64,000 bases of DNA from Guillardia theta CCMP2712 (lineage: Eukaryota; Protista; Cryptophyta): assembly GCF_000315625.1 (NCBI RefSeq), contig NW_005434665.1:136969-200968 (forward strand), read 5' to 3'. Position 1 is the first letter of the stretch. Each line of letters opens with the position of its first letter. Shown one piece after another: positions 23,519-35,499 of this stretch. Made by a program: the position numbers and the translations under genes. The notes beneath the pieces were generated by a model. That model ran no database searches. It was not told the origin of the DNA and worked only from the letters and a program-made list of their open reading frames with translations.

Positions 23519-23634
23519 GTTTACTCAAAGTTAAGTTAAAAATCAGTACGAGGACAATCAGGAGAGTCGCCGGGAGGCTTGACCCCAGACATGTATGTAC
23601 TCAAAGTTAAGTTAAAACCCAGACACTGTCGCAC
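23519..23634 (+). repeat. Dispersed ~100-115 bp element, copy 1 (two TACTCAAAGTTAAGTTAAAA boxes)
   Basis: The first 42 bp are identical to 30411-30452. AGGCTTGAC, the second box and the terminal TGTCGCAC are also shared. Confidence 0.85.
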
Positions 23635-23716
23635 AGGCCAAACGGCGAGAAGAGAAAGACAGCGAGAACCAAACCCAATCCTGCCGACTGCTGTCCCCCA
23701 AACTTCTGAGTGTCCG

Positions 23717-26700
23717 TCAGGCTTGCACACTGCCCATCCGTTCAGCAAGTGCTCGACTAACAGCCTCCTCGATGAACTTGTCGGGGTCCAGAAGTACACT
23801 GAGAGGGAGGAGAGGTCAGGTTCGGAGCTCTGAGCGGCATAGTGAAGAGCAGGACAGCAAGGAGTACAACCTCATATTCCTGTTACCGAGAGGACGGAGA
23901 AGAAGATCCCATTCCTGCCCCTCCTCCTCCAGCTCGTACAGCTGAGGCGTTAAGAGATCAGCTCCCTCCTCCCTCCTCTCTTATCACCTTGCGCAGATGG
24001 TACATCCTGGACGGGTGCGTGCTCGTCTTCATCAGCTCCCGCAGACTCATCGTTGCGAACGACCCGGGATCGAGCGTGAACTTGATCCACAACGCATTCC
24101 ACCTGTACTGCTGCTCCTTTCCACCTTCCTCTGTCCTGATCCTCAGCTTCATCCCTTCCTCGTCCACCGACGCCCTCCGCTTCGAGTTCCTCCCCACTGT
24201 CGGGTGCTGATAGACGAGGTTGGAAGTGTTCTTGTCCATTCGAATGTCCCCGCCCCCGCACGAGTGGACAGTCTGATGACGAGTGAGGGAGGATGGAAGC
24301 AGCGAGCTGACTGACCTGAAGGTCATGCTGACCCGGGCGATAGTTGATGAACTTGTAGGAGACATTCTAGCTCAACAGTTCACGACATGGAGGACGATCG
24401 GTCTGTTTCATCCTTACCTTGGGTCTTGTCACAATAGAACGATAAGAACAAACGCGCTGAGGGAGAAGGACTCCTGCCTTCTTCCTGATCTGCTTGACGA
24501 CCCCGAAGACTCCCTCGCGGTGAAGGAGTTTCTCCATGAGATACTTCAGCTTGTTGTTGGGATACTTGACCTCGACTCCTGCTCCAAAGACCGGAAGAAC
24601 AACCTGGTAGAGACAAGAGGAGTGTGGGTAAGTTGGAAGAAAAGAGCTCAAGGATGAAAGGTTGTGAGGGAGAAACTTTGTACGTCAAAGATGTCGAACT
24701 TCTTGTTCTTGGCTTCTGTCAAGCACAAAAAGAATTGGATGATGTCGAATAAGGTCAAGGTTCACCGCTTGCGGTCACAACATGCACATGATCCACTTTC
24801 ATTCCATCGTCTCGCTTCTCCGTCCTGACACGTTACGGTCAAGACATGAGCAAAATCGAAGAAGAGAAAAGGAAACAAGACAGTTCACACCTCAATCGCA
24901 CTAGATCCCCTTCAACACAACCTCTTAACCCGTATAGATTGCTGCGCAACGTCAGCGCCTCGTTCCACAGCCTGCTCCAGAACGACTGTGACTCATGTCA
25001 GCCATAGTATGGGATATGGCCACATCACTTGGATGAAGATGAATCGTTGAGGCATGGTATCGCATGCCTTTCTCATTTGGTCGTTTGAGAAATCCTGCCG
25101 ATTGTTGTTCAAATCCTTGGATTGTCTGCATTATCAAGACTCATTTCAAGCTTCCTGTGCTCTCTCTCACCTCCTCCCCTCCTCTATACTCCTTCCCTTA
25201 CTAGCTCCCTCTGCTCCGCTTCAATACTTTCCTCTGCAATCGCTACTCTCCTCTACTTCCCACTGCCCTCTTCTCCCTTGTGCTCATTTTTTCTATCCTA
25301 CTCCCTCCTCATCTCTCAATGAACCACTTACTTGATCAAGCTCTGCAAGACAAACCTCTCGTTTGCACATTCAAACGGCATTTCTCGAAGGGCTTCGCTT
25401 GCAGACTTCAAGTTCTTCCTGACGAGCACGAGGTCAAAACAAACAAATACAAGCAACTCCAGAATGTCTCAAAAGAACAAACTCTGACAGCAAACAACAA
25501 GAATCATGTCATCAAATCCATTCTGAATGCTCACCCATTCATCCATCGTTCCTTCGCCTGTCGCTCTTCGTGGCCAATTGCAAAGCTGATGGAAGATTCA
25601 GGCTAGACAAGCACTTCACTCCCATCTCACCTTGGATCCAATACAGCGTCTACAGCGACTCGGAAATGACCTGTAAAAGACCAGCACCGGACTCTGCATG
25701 AGAGGAAAATTTCTGTGCAATAAACTTAAACTTTCAACCTTTCACGAGAGCTCGTCCGACTTCAATTGAAGGAATTCCTACAGAAATTTTTACAACATTT
25801 CTACAATCTCAAAGTTGCGAAAACCAGATGCAGAATTGATTCCAAACCTTTCTGAGCAACAGAAGATGTCATTCTTATATCGTTCTATATCATACTGAAC
25901 TTGAACTTACGATGGCCATAGTAGTTGCAGAACCCATGCTTCTTCCATTTACGAACCTGATTCCACGTGTTGAGATCATTTCTTACATGCATCCATCATG
26001 AATCATGTCGTGTCACCGCTTTCCTCGTCATCTCCAGATCAGTCTCTATGTGCCTGACCACAATCGAGAACGTGTTTCCGGAGTGCTCGCCATAATGCAG
26101 CCCGTGGCTGCTCCACATGAAGTTCCCAACCTGTGCAGCAACAAGACAACATCATACACTGACAGTCCTTGCAGGAACGACCAGATTCTCACCAGCACTC
26201 GTTTGAAAACGCCGTTGAGAGCTAGGATCTGCATCAGAGCGTGAATGGCAGCAACGAATCAGAGAAAACCCTCTGCCTCTTACTTTCTCCGGAGAAGCGA
26301 GACGAGATTCAATGCAGAGCTCCTGCTGTGTTATTCCTCCCCGGTCCTTCAACCCCGCAAACGAGATGTCTTGCGTCGTCAGCCCCAGCTCTTGCGCCAA
26401 CCTCCTGACCATCTCGAAGGTATCCCTTCCCGCTTTGTACAGCACAAACTTCAGGAACTTCCCTCGCTCTCCTTTCACTTGGCATGACAGGTCCGTAATT
26501 TCAGCGCAAGAGTTATCCTCCAACCGCCTTTCTGTTACTCTGAAATCTCCCCACCTGCTCTTGATCACTCCCCCGATACCCCGGAGAGCGGGTTTCACAT
26601 ACTGACAGATGTGAACGTCCGTGTCCCACACTCGCAATGAGCCATAGGCCTTCCAGTTCATGATCTCAGCCTTCTTCTTGAGGAAATCAGAGGAAATGGC

Positions 26701-26835
26701 ACTCTCAAGCTGCTGGATGACTCGGTCGTGTTGCAAGGAGGGGAGAACCCTTTCGGAGGCAACATCCTCATTCCCCAACGTGAAGCACATGCACAGAAAG
26801 ATCGCCGTGCCTGATCTGAGCTTTCTCTCGAACAT
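23717..26835 (-). CDS. PUS7: TruD-family pseudouridine synthase (PUS7-like), multi-exon
   Basis: GVIKSRWGDFRVTE, FVLYKAGRDT, SFAGLKDRGGITQQ (catalytic Asp), GEHSGNTFSIVVR, GFCNYYG..RFG and C-terminal FTLDPGSFATMSLRELMK. Confidence 0.9.
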
Positions 26836-27279
26836 CAGGATCGGAGGGTGAGCATGAGACTCGTCTTCACGCTAGAGGACATGCTGAACGCGATGATGCC
26901 CGGTCATGCCAAGTTCACCATGTTGCATTCAATGCGTCCAGTCAATAACACTATTGGACACCACCCCCAATTACCCCGGATCACCCACCCTGTTTCATAG
27001 AGACATTTTTCACTCTATAACACGGGTAGTGTGAGTACCCTACCGGGAAAAGACCGCACGTGTTCATGGCAATGGCGATGGCTGACCTAGGTCGGTGATA
27101 GGAGCGAGAGAAGGGAGGAGAGCGAGAAGCATACACACAACGACAAACACACTGATAGCAAGGAAGACACTGACAGCAGGTCTTGCGCTCCTCCTGCTCC
27201 ACCTCCCCCTGACTTTCTGTAAGTTGGAGAGTCAACAAGGCCGGTGTGACTGGCAGTCCTGACATCAACAGCAGCCGCA

Positions 27280-28499
27280 ATGGACTTCAAGTTCAACTTT
27301 GCCGCGTCGGGTGCAGAGAGCGGGACAGATGCTGGCTTCAAGTTCAACTTTGGCAGCAACGACGATGAAGTTTCGAGCGCAGTAGAGTCTTTATCTGCCC
27401 TCAGAATCACACCGCAAGGGCACTTCGTAGCAAAGGAGGTCAAGATTGAAGGCAAGGAAGAAGAGCTGGACGAGATGGCGATCGAGGCGCTGTTTGAGGA
27501 GATGCACTTCCGTAACAGAGAGCCGTTGAAACGTTGCCGTCCACCCAACTCAGAGAGTCTTGAGGGCCCCATAGCCGAGGTGATCGACAAGTCGGACTTG
27601 GCGTCGGGAGTGTATGAAGGAGGCTTCAAGGTGACAGCAAACTTACCTTCTGTTCGGCTGTCTGCCAACACATGCACAGGTCTGGGAGGGATCGTTGGAC
27701 CTGATAGAATACCTGGTGCAAGAGAAGCTCCCTGTCAAAGGGAAGAGAGTGATCGAGCTCGGTTGTGGGCATGGACTCCCTGGCATTCAGATGCTCTGCG
27801 ATGTGAGATGAAGATGGACGATCTTGATCGTCTCTAACACAGCCAGCACAGGGAGCAGATGTAGACTTTCAAGATTATAACGAGGAGGTCTTGAAAGAGG
27901 TGTGCTGCCTGAATGTCCTCGTCAACTGCCCCAACACTCCGAGCGCTGTTCGGTACTTCTCTGGAGATTGGGGGTCTTTGGCGGCATGCACTGGGAAGGT
28001 GAGAAGCGTTTGAGAGAGGCAAGATGCAAGTGTTGATGCCTGAGCTTGTTCTGACAGGTGTATGATGTTATTCTAACTGCCGAGACCATCTACGACGACA
28101 AGAGCTCTGGGCGACTCATAGCATGCATCGACGACATCCTGAAACCCGACGGCGTTGCTTACATAGCAGCAAAGAGCTATTACTTCGGTCTTGCCTTGTC
28201 TTGTGCTCACTTTCTTCCTCGTAACGAGGCTGCAGGGGTCGGAGGAAGCACCAGACAGTTCGAGGCGCAGGTTGCGAAGTTGCTTCCAAGAAGAAAGCTG
28301 GAGCAAGTTGCTCTCATACAGGTGGGCTTTACATATTGTCATCACTCTCATCATCATTCTGGGCATGTCAAGCACTACAATCGCAATCATCGCCATCAGT
28401 CACCTTTTTCTTCTTCATGATAAGTGACTATGATGTTTCCTGCAGGATGGATCCTCCAATGTGAGAGAGATTCTACGTCTCTCGCCCGAGGTCGCGTGA
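27280..28499 (+). CDS. METTL18: Histidine protein methyltransferase (METTL18/Hpm1-like), multi-exon
   Basis: SDLASGVYEGGFK|VWEGSLDL, VIELGCGHGLPG, QDYNEEVL, YFSGDW, YDVILTAETIY and AAKSYYFG|VGGS. Confidence 0.9.
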
Positions 28500-28616
28500 A
28501 GACTTTCAGTGACTTTAACCATCATCATCGTTGAGATTAAAACGCGAGCGTTCAAGTATTTGCTTACAAATGACAGGAATTTCAATTAAAAGACAACAAG
28601 GCTTCATCTTCGTGTT

Positions 28617-30349
28617 TCAGTACTCGACAGCTCTTCTCTTGCGAGTCAGTCTAAGAAAATCTTGGGCAGTCTCAACTCCCCATAGCTTCCACCAGCTGAT
28701 GCTCACCCAGTTCTCTTTGTTGTTCTCGTTCACCACGATCCGGTAGTAGCTGTACTTATGCGTCGGCTCTACGACAAAGCTCTTCCCCGCTCTCGTGTAC
28801 CCAGTCACTCCCTCCTGGTAGTCGACCACTGACCACGTCGAGCCATCGTTGGAGCCGAGGATCCAGAACCTCTTCGGCCCTCGGAACAAGTTGTTGGCCC
28901 GCGTGTACAGCTCGTACTTGTAGAGGTAGATGGAGACTGGGAGCGAGATTTGCAGCCACTCACCTGCGCACGAGATGCCTGTGGAGGTGACGGTAGGAGG
29001 GTACCTGACGTACTGGCCTGTCGAGAAGGAGTAGTAGCTGTGCGTGTAGGTGGTCCAGAAGTTGATGGTCGTCGAGTTGCTGATGAAGTCGAAGGCGCTC
29101 CAGGCGTACTCAGTCCCGTCGGAATAGTCACCAGAGGAGGTGACACGGTAGATGCCGTTGCCGTACGCAGCGCTGGAGATGGTGGAGGTAGGAGCAGAGA
29201 GAGGAGCAGGAGGATACAGGAGAGTTTCATGTCCCTGAATTTCTGCTCCCCATAGCTTCCACCAGCTGATGCTCACCCAGTTCTCTTTGTTGTTCTCGTT
29301 CACCACGATCCGGTAGTAGCTGTACTTCTGCGTCGGCTCTACGACAAAGCTCTTCCCTGCGCTCGTGTACCCAGTCACTCCCTCCTGGTAGTCGACCACT
29401 GACCACGTCGAGCCATCGTTGGAGCCGAGGATCCAGAACCTCTTCGGCCCTCGGAACAAGTTGTTGGCCCGCGTGTACAGCTCGTACTTGTAGAGGTAGA
29501 TGGAGACTGGGAGCGAGATTTGCAGCCACTCACCTGCGCACGAGATGCCTGTGGAGGTGACGGTAGGAGGGTACCTGACGTACTGGCCTGTCGAGAAGGA
29601 GTAGTAGCTGTGCGTGTAGGTGGTCCAGAAGTTGATGGTCGTCGAGTTGCTGATGAAGTCGAAGGCGCTCCAGGCGTACTCAGTCCCGTCGGAATAGTCA
29701 CCAGAGGAGGTGACACGGTAGATGCCGTTGCCGTACGCAGCGCTGGAGATGGTGGAGGTAGGAGCAGAGAGAGGAGCAGGAGGATACAGAAGAGGTCTAA
29801 CGCTTGAGGTGTTGCTTTCAGCTTTGCTCTAGAGTGCATTTCAGTCAGCTGGTGTAGGATAGAACAAAGGATACCGATAAAAGATCGAGCGATGACTCGA
29901 AGCCCCAGGCTAGAAAAAGTTTCTTTTCTTCATCATACACAAAGCAAGCTGCATCAACTACATTCGCAACGCAGTCGCTCTCGTAGTCACAAACCCAGAC
30001 CTCGAATCTGCTTCACAGAAACAACTGGGTGTTAGTGCTTCAATCAATCGGGCTTCTGCTCTGACCTCCCTCTGCTCGCGAGCTGTCCGAGTCCTCCTGT
30101 CTGGAGCTGCTGATCTGACTGTGGTCTGGAGCCGCTGAGCTGCCGGATGATCAGGTCCCAATCCTTGCTCAGAACGCATGGTTGAACAGCGATGGAGGCG
30201 TTGTCCCAGGGGAACACTGGCAGTCAGGAGACCTCAGAAAGACACGTGCAGTGCGAGCAGTGATGCTGACCAGATTCACAGGAGCAGCATCCGAGGTGTA
30301 GCACAAGGAGGAGGAGGAGAGGAGGAGGGGGTGCGAGCAATCGCGGCAT
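28617..30349 (-). CDS. Secreted protein with two tandem F5/8 type C (discoidin/galactose-binding-like) modules
   Basis: Signal-like [24 protein letters not shown] at 30349, then short exons and a long last exon from ~29829. That exon has two copies of LYPP..YGNGIY..AWSAFD..GEWLQISLP..GPKRFWILGSNDGSTW..YSYYRIVV. Confidence 0.7.
28676..29789. repeat. Near-identical 544-bp tandem duplication (28676-29219 and 29246-29789; period 570 bp)
   Basis: Direct comparison shows only about three substitutions (28758/29328, 28788/29358, 28791/29361). Confidence 0.95.
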
Positions 30350-30410
30350 AGAGTATCTGCTGGGGAGATCAAACCTTGTTGGAGCAAACTTTTTTAAAAA
30401 AGTCAAACAA

Positions 30411-30509
30411 GTTTACTCAAAGTTAAGTTAAAAATCAGTACGAGGACAATCAAGGCTTGACAGTAGAGTTTTTACTCAAAGTTTTAAGTTAAAACTTTAG
30501 ATGTCGCAC
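30411..30509 (+). repeat. Dispersed element, copy 2
   Basis: GTTTACTCAAAGTTAAGTTAAAAATCAGTACGAGGACAATCA, then AGGCTTGAC..TTACTCAAAGTTTTAAGTTAAAA..TGTCGCAC. Confidence 0.85.
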
Positions 30510-32092
30510 TTTGGACCGGCCAGGTCGGCGGCGACCCGGGGCCTGCGGCCCGGGCCCGGGACTCTATACGTTACGTATTCCGTTGCGTTCCCGTTTCATA
30601 CAATGGAATTGACCATGTTGAGAGGAATGGAAGAGGAGGAAACAACGTAGAAACTTAGAGGAGAGCGAAAGAATGATGAGGCAACAAGCCAGGAGAATGA
30701 TTAAGATAGGATGATGTGTAGGAGGACGAGGACGAGGACGAGGACGAGGAGGACGAGGAGGACGAGGAGGAGGTATGAATCAGAATTCAGGAAAGTACCG
30801 GCAAGAGCAACCGATAGACTAACAACATTTAGACAAATCAGAGACAGTGCAAGTGACAAAGGAAGAAAAGCAGGAGATTGGTCGGAAGTTTGAATTGATG
30901 GCATGCTTTCAATCTAGGCTCTCGGCCATTGCGTCATGGCAGATGACGGCGCTGCAGCCACAACTACTATCAGCCACGATGATAAGGCTTCAGCTGAAGA
31001 CAAGGTTTCAGCTGCAGAAGACAACACACAGCCCTCGAAGAGATTGGTCTGCCGTAGACGTTTGCAACGTCGTCTCTGATGCTAGATCGTGTGCTCCAGA
31101 AAGTTTCTGATCCTTCTGAGACAACGGAAACGATGACCTCTCACCGTCCCGAGCACGGTATGGCTCTTTGCTTCCATGCTGGTCATGATTGTGCGCGCTC
31201 CAGACAAGGATGAAGCATCAGTAGAAGCGCGCGCCAACACGAGCTCCGTCGAATCAAGGTGCAACACCGAGGTGACTCTCGATCGTTGACGTGCCAATGA
31301 CGGTTTTGTTTATCAGCGCCGGTGACAACGAGGAGCATGGTATGAAAGTGTTGATGATGGTGTGTCTTGTGGTGGTCCTGTGACTGACTTATAATGTCCA
31401 CATTCGTTGATCACAGCTGCGAATGGAAGGTTAGGAACACGCATAGGGCCGAAGATCTCGCTGACTCCTTCGTGCAGAGAACACTCGGGAGTTCTCGAAC
31501 GCCTGTCGAAGATTCAGACGTTTGAATGTCAGACTGCGGGATGTAGCGGGAAGTTGACGATAGACGAAGACATATGTAAAGTCGGGCATGGCGTGATAGT
31601 GATCTGTAAGGGAGGGACGCAAAAGACAGGACACAGGTTAAACATTCCTTGTCAGATGTAACATAGATCGAACTAACATGTCTTGTGTTTCAGGTATAAG
31701 TGGTGTAATTATAGATACAGTTTCATCCCGGCATCAGAATGTAATTGAGTCTTACTCGTTCTCCTTGCCCTGAATGTACTCCAAGGGTCTTCTCATGTTT
31801 CTTGGTGCGATGGTGGTCAACCCCCTTGCAAGCAGACGCTAGGAAATGTGAGTTTGTCTTTGAGACGATGTCTCCTTTTCTTTATCTCTGTCTCCTCTAT
31901 CTCACTTGAATCATCCCTTGTGTCCCTTGCTCCTCGTCTCTTGTCCCTTTCCTCCATGTTCCTTATCTCTTCCTTCCATATGTCCCTTTCTCTAATTTCC
32001 TTCACTCCACTCGCCATGCCTCCCATACATTTTTCTCTCCGTCCCGTATCTGTCTCTTTCTTTTCGCTCCCTCGGACTTCTGAATGGGCTGC

Positions 32093-33230
32093 AGTCGAAG
32101 TTGGACGAATTTCTTGAGGCGCGAGCATCCGACTTCTCTCACGAGCCCTTCGCACTGCAGTAACTCCTTGGGTGTGATGAAACCATTTGAAGCTCTCTGC
32201 AGAGACGTGAAAGAGAAAGAGGAGAATGGAGCGAGCAAGCGAGACGGAGCGGAGGACGTCGAAGAGAAGAAGGTTGACAACAGCAAGGCGGACAAGTTCA
32301 AGAACTTGCAGGAGGAGATAGCGAACATCTGCGAGAAGGTAAAGGATGGAAACAGTCTCTCGCCTTTCCCTGCTTGACCTGGAATTTCAGGAGCAGAAAT
32401 ATATCTTCTGTGGTGACGCGGAGTCGATGCAAGGATGGGTCGAGCATGTCAAGGATGTGCAGAAACGATCTTTGCTCTGCGATCTCAGGCAGACAGTCTC
32501 AACCAGGTCCAGGTCTCCTCCTACCTGCTCGTTTCTCATTCCGTGCCAGCTCCGAATCGTCTCAGCCTAACGATACCAACGGTGAATCTTCAGGAGCAGG
32601 GGAAGGGGGGGCGAGGGCAGGGGCAGGGGCAGGGGCAGGTTGGACTGTCTTGATTCTCACACGAGCACAGAACTGTTTGCTGCGGTAGCTCGGGGGGAGA
32701 TGGAGAAACTTTGCCGCATGTTAGCGCAGGTATGCTGATGATGCTGTGGAGACGAAGAGACTGAGTGAAGGTGGAGGGTGTAGCGGTGAACGTGCAGGAT
32801 GCAAGGAGCAACTTTCCTCTGCACTGGGCAGCCTCGGTAGGGAGAATGTGATGACGTCGCCTCGAGTAATCCCTCCTCCTTGCAGGCAGGCAGCACGGCG
32901 ATCTGCCGCATCCTCCTGGACCAGGGAGCCGATAGCAACGCTGCTTCGGAGAAGGGAGACACACCCCTGCACGTGGCAGCCGCTCATGGGAGGATGGGTT
33001 CCCTGCCGCCTCCAGCTGGTGTCGTGCTGTGACTGGATGACAGGTGTAGTTCAGCTGCTCGTCTCACGAGGGGCAGATCTTGACAAGCAGAATCAAGGTA
33101 TGTCAGCTGGGGTTGTGCTGGGGATGACGAGGATATGGAAGATGGGATCACTGCTCGGCAGCTGCTGAATGTGCTCACGGAGGCGAACTGTGCGTGAGGG
33201 AGAGAGGGACAGAAACCAGCTGGGTGAGGA
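32093..33230 (+). CDS. Ankyrin-repeat protein, possibly with a PH-like segment; multi-exon, boundaries approximate
   Basis: Spliced AVNVQDARSNFPLHWAAS|AGSTAICRILLDQGADSNAASEKGDTPLHVAAAHG..VVQLLVSRGADLDKQN. Upstream KYIFCGDAESMQGWVEHV resembles a PH C-terminal helix. Confidence 0.75.
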
Positions 33231-33495
33231 GGAGGAGGAGGAGGAGGAGGAGGAGGAAGACGAGGATTAATGAATGGATAGGAAATTTTGAGTTACATCT
33301 TCAAGTGAGTGTGGCTGCTTCGGCTATAACACTCTGAGCTTGCTCCTGCAATCCCCACTTTTCTCATCTCCCTGTGTCACTCACTTCCCCTTCCTCTTAA
33401 ATTCGCCTGCCTCGTACCTCCTTCTCCTCCTTCCCTTCCATCTCTTACTTTCTCCTCCTCCCCGGCCCCAGCTTTTCCTCTTCCTTCTCCCTTCC

Positions 33496-34861
33496 TCACT
33501 TTGGATCCTGTGGGAAAGAATGATTGAGACGAGGCCGGGCAGCGACTCTCCTCACCTCAAGCTTGCGGGCACCGAGATAGACTTGAAGGCGATCAGAAAG
33601 ACTCTCAAAGCTGCGACAACCGGGTCATACAGAGAAGAGGCGAGGACGGTGGGAGGAGGAGACGGGAGGGAATAGGGATAGGATTCCAAAGGAGAAGAGC
33701 AGGAGGAGGGAAAGGAAAGACGGCGAAGAAAGAAGCAATGTCATCGCGTCCCCGTACAAGGTAACATACAAGGTAACACTATCGTTAGCAACAATTCTAA
33801 CTTCTCCACCTGTCAAGAGCCGGTCGCACGTCCAAGTGATAGGAGACTGGCTTGTCAGCGATGGGTTTGCCTGAGTAGAAGTCGATGACATATCGAACCT
33901 GCTGCTGGTCAGCCGCCAGTCGACAAGGAGGAGGAGGTAAAACCTGCTTGCCGCATCGATCTACAATCCAATCATGGCGATCGAAAGGAGGTTTGTACCC
34001 CAACAGGCTCTGTATCCTTGCTTTCGGACTCAGCTGATCAGGCTTGCCCTGGAATTTCAAGAGCTGGAGGGTAAGTTAGCCACCCATGGGTCAACCGAAC
34101 GAGTCACGTCACCTTTGGCTGTTGGCACTCATCGCAGTGAAGTTTCTCCCACTTCATCACCTCCTTCCACGTCTGCTCGTTGACAGCATTGTGAATCGCC
34201 ACCACCTGCCCGTCTCCCGTCAGCAACCAGCACATGCAGCAGGAGCGTTGCTGCTTGCCGCATGCATGTCGTTCTCGTTGGGCTCCCATCCCTTCCTCTG
34301 CATGGCGTTGTAGAACATCTGTTCAGACGGATACACCCAGTTGCCGGACCCTGACGAAAATCTTCACCTCCTCCTCTCCCCCGTCTCGATTGCAAGTACC
34401 TGCTGCCTCCTGATGCGGCGGCGTGTGTTCGCCTCGGGGGATGTTTGAGACGACCCGCTGTGTGGGCAAGCTTCTAGTCTGACTTACATGTGGCAACCTG
34501 GCCATGGTGTGTCAGAGACTCGCGGGCCTTGACGAGAGGCTAGCTACTGACTGGCTCTCTCCTCCAGCTCGCATGTTATTGCGGGGATCTAAAGGAATCA
34601 TGGGATGTAGTTGCTCTCTCGATGTACTTGCAACCGGGCAGCTCGATCCCTTTGCATCTGGTTGTCTGCCATACGTGTGAAGACGCTGCGAATACAAAAG
34701 ATTGTATACACCTTGAGTGCATCACTGGACATGACGACTGCGGTGCCGGCGGCGATGAACTTTCAGCTGGTGCTAGTTGTCACGTGGGATGGGGAAAAGA
34801 TACAAGAACCTTCTCTCTGCTGCGAGCTCGTGGGCCAGAGCCAAGATAGCAAGTTGGTCAT
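33496..34861 (-). CDS. HCCS: Holocytochrome c synthase (cytochrome c/c1 heme lyase), multi-exon
   Basis: Two CPV heme motifs (SCPVMH, SCPVA), [57 protein letters not shown] and LDVRPALD. Confidence 0.95.
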
Positions 34862-35499
34862 GTATCTAGGAGAAAGGATCACATCTGAATCAATGATGTA
34901 CCAGGGCTTTCCAGGAACCATTGCCTTTATCTTCAGTCTCTTTCGTTGATGTTCCTTCCACTTCTTCCTCTGGCCTACATGTCTTTCTACCTCCAACCTC
35001 CTCTCTCCCTCTCTCCATTACTCTCCCTTCTCCTCTCTCCCTCTCCTCCTTACACTCTCTCCCCTCCTCCTCTCCAGTCCTTCCGTTTTCCTCTCCCTGC
35101 TTTTCCATGGCAGGTGCCATGGTTCGATCAAGGCTTTTATGAGATGGTTGGTGGGGATGTGGTCACGTTCAACATAATGATGGTTGGCCGGGCGCGGCAC
35201 GCCGAGCCGCTGAGCCTTGACCATCGGACTCAGTGAAGTCTCGGACCGCCGGACCGTCGGTCCGCGGCCGGGCCCGCCGGGGACACTCCGACAACTCACT
35301 GAGTCAGAGTCACCAACCTGGGCCCGGCGTCGAGTCACCCGGCACGGTCACTGGCAGCCTCCCGACTGTCGGCAGTCCGACTCGCGGCCGCGGCTTGCGG
35401 CCCGGCACTCTATGACTCGCCGCAGGCGCCTCAGGTAGGGCGGAGTATTTAAACTTTCAGTACGGTAGTACTCCGGAAGTTTATCGGCTGAATCTGACA

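Noticed and set aside
23519-23634. Repeat-spacer-repeat unit as a mini CRISPR array
   Set aside because: Only two repeats per unit, the 'spacer' is conserved between loci, there are no cas genes, and the context is eukaryotic.
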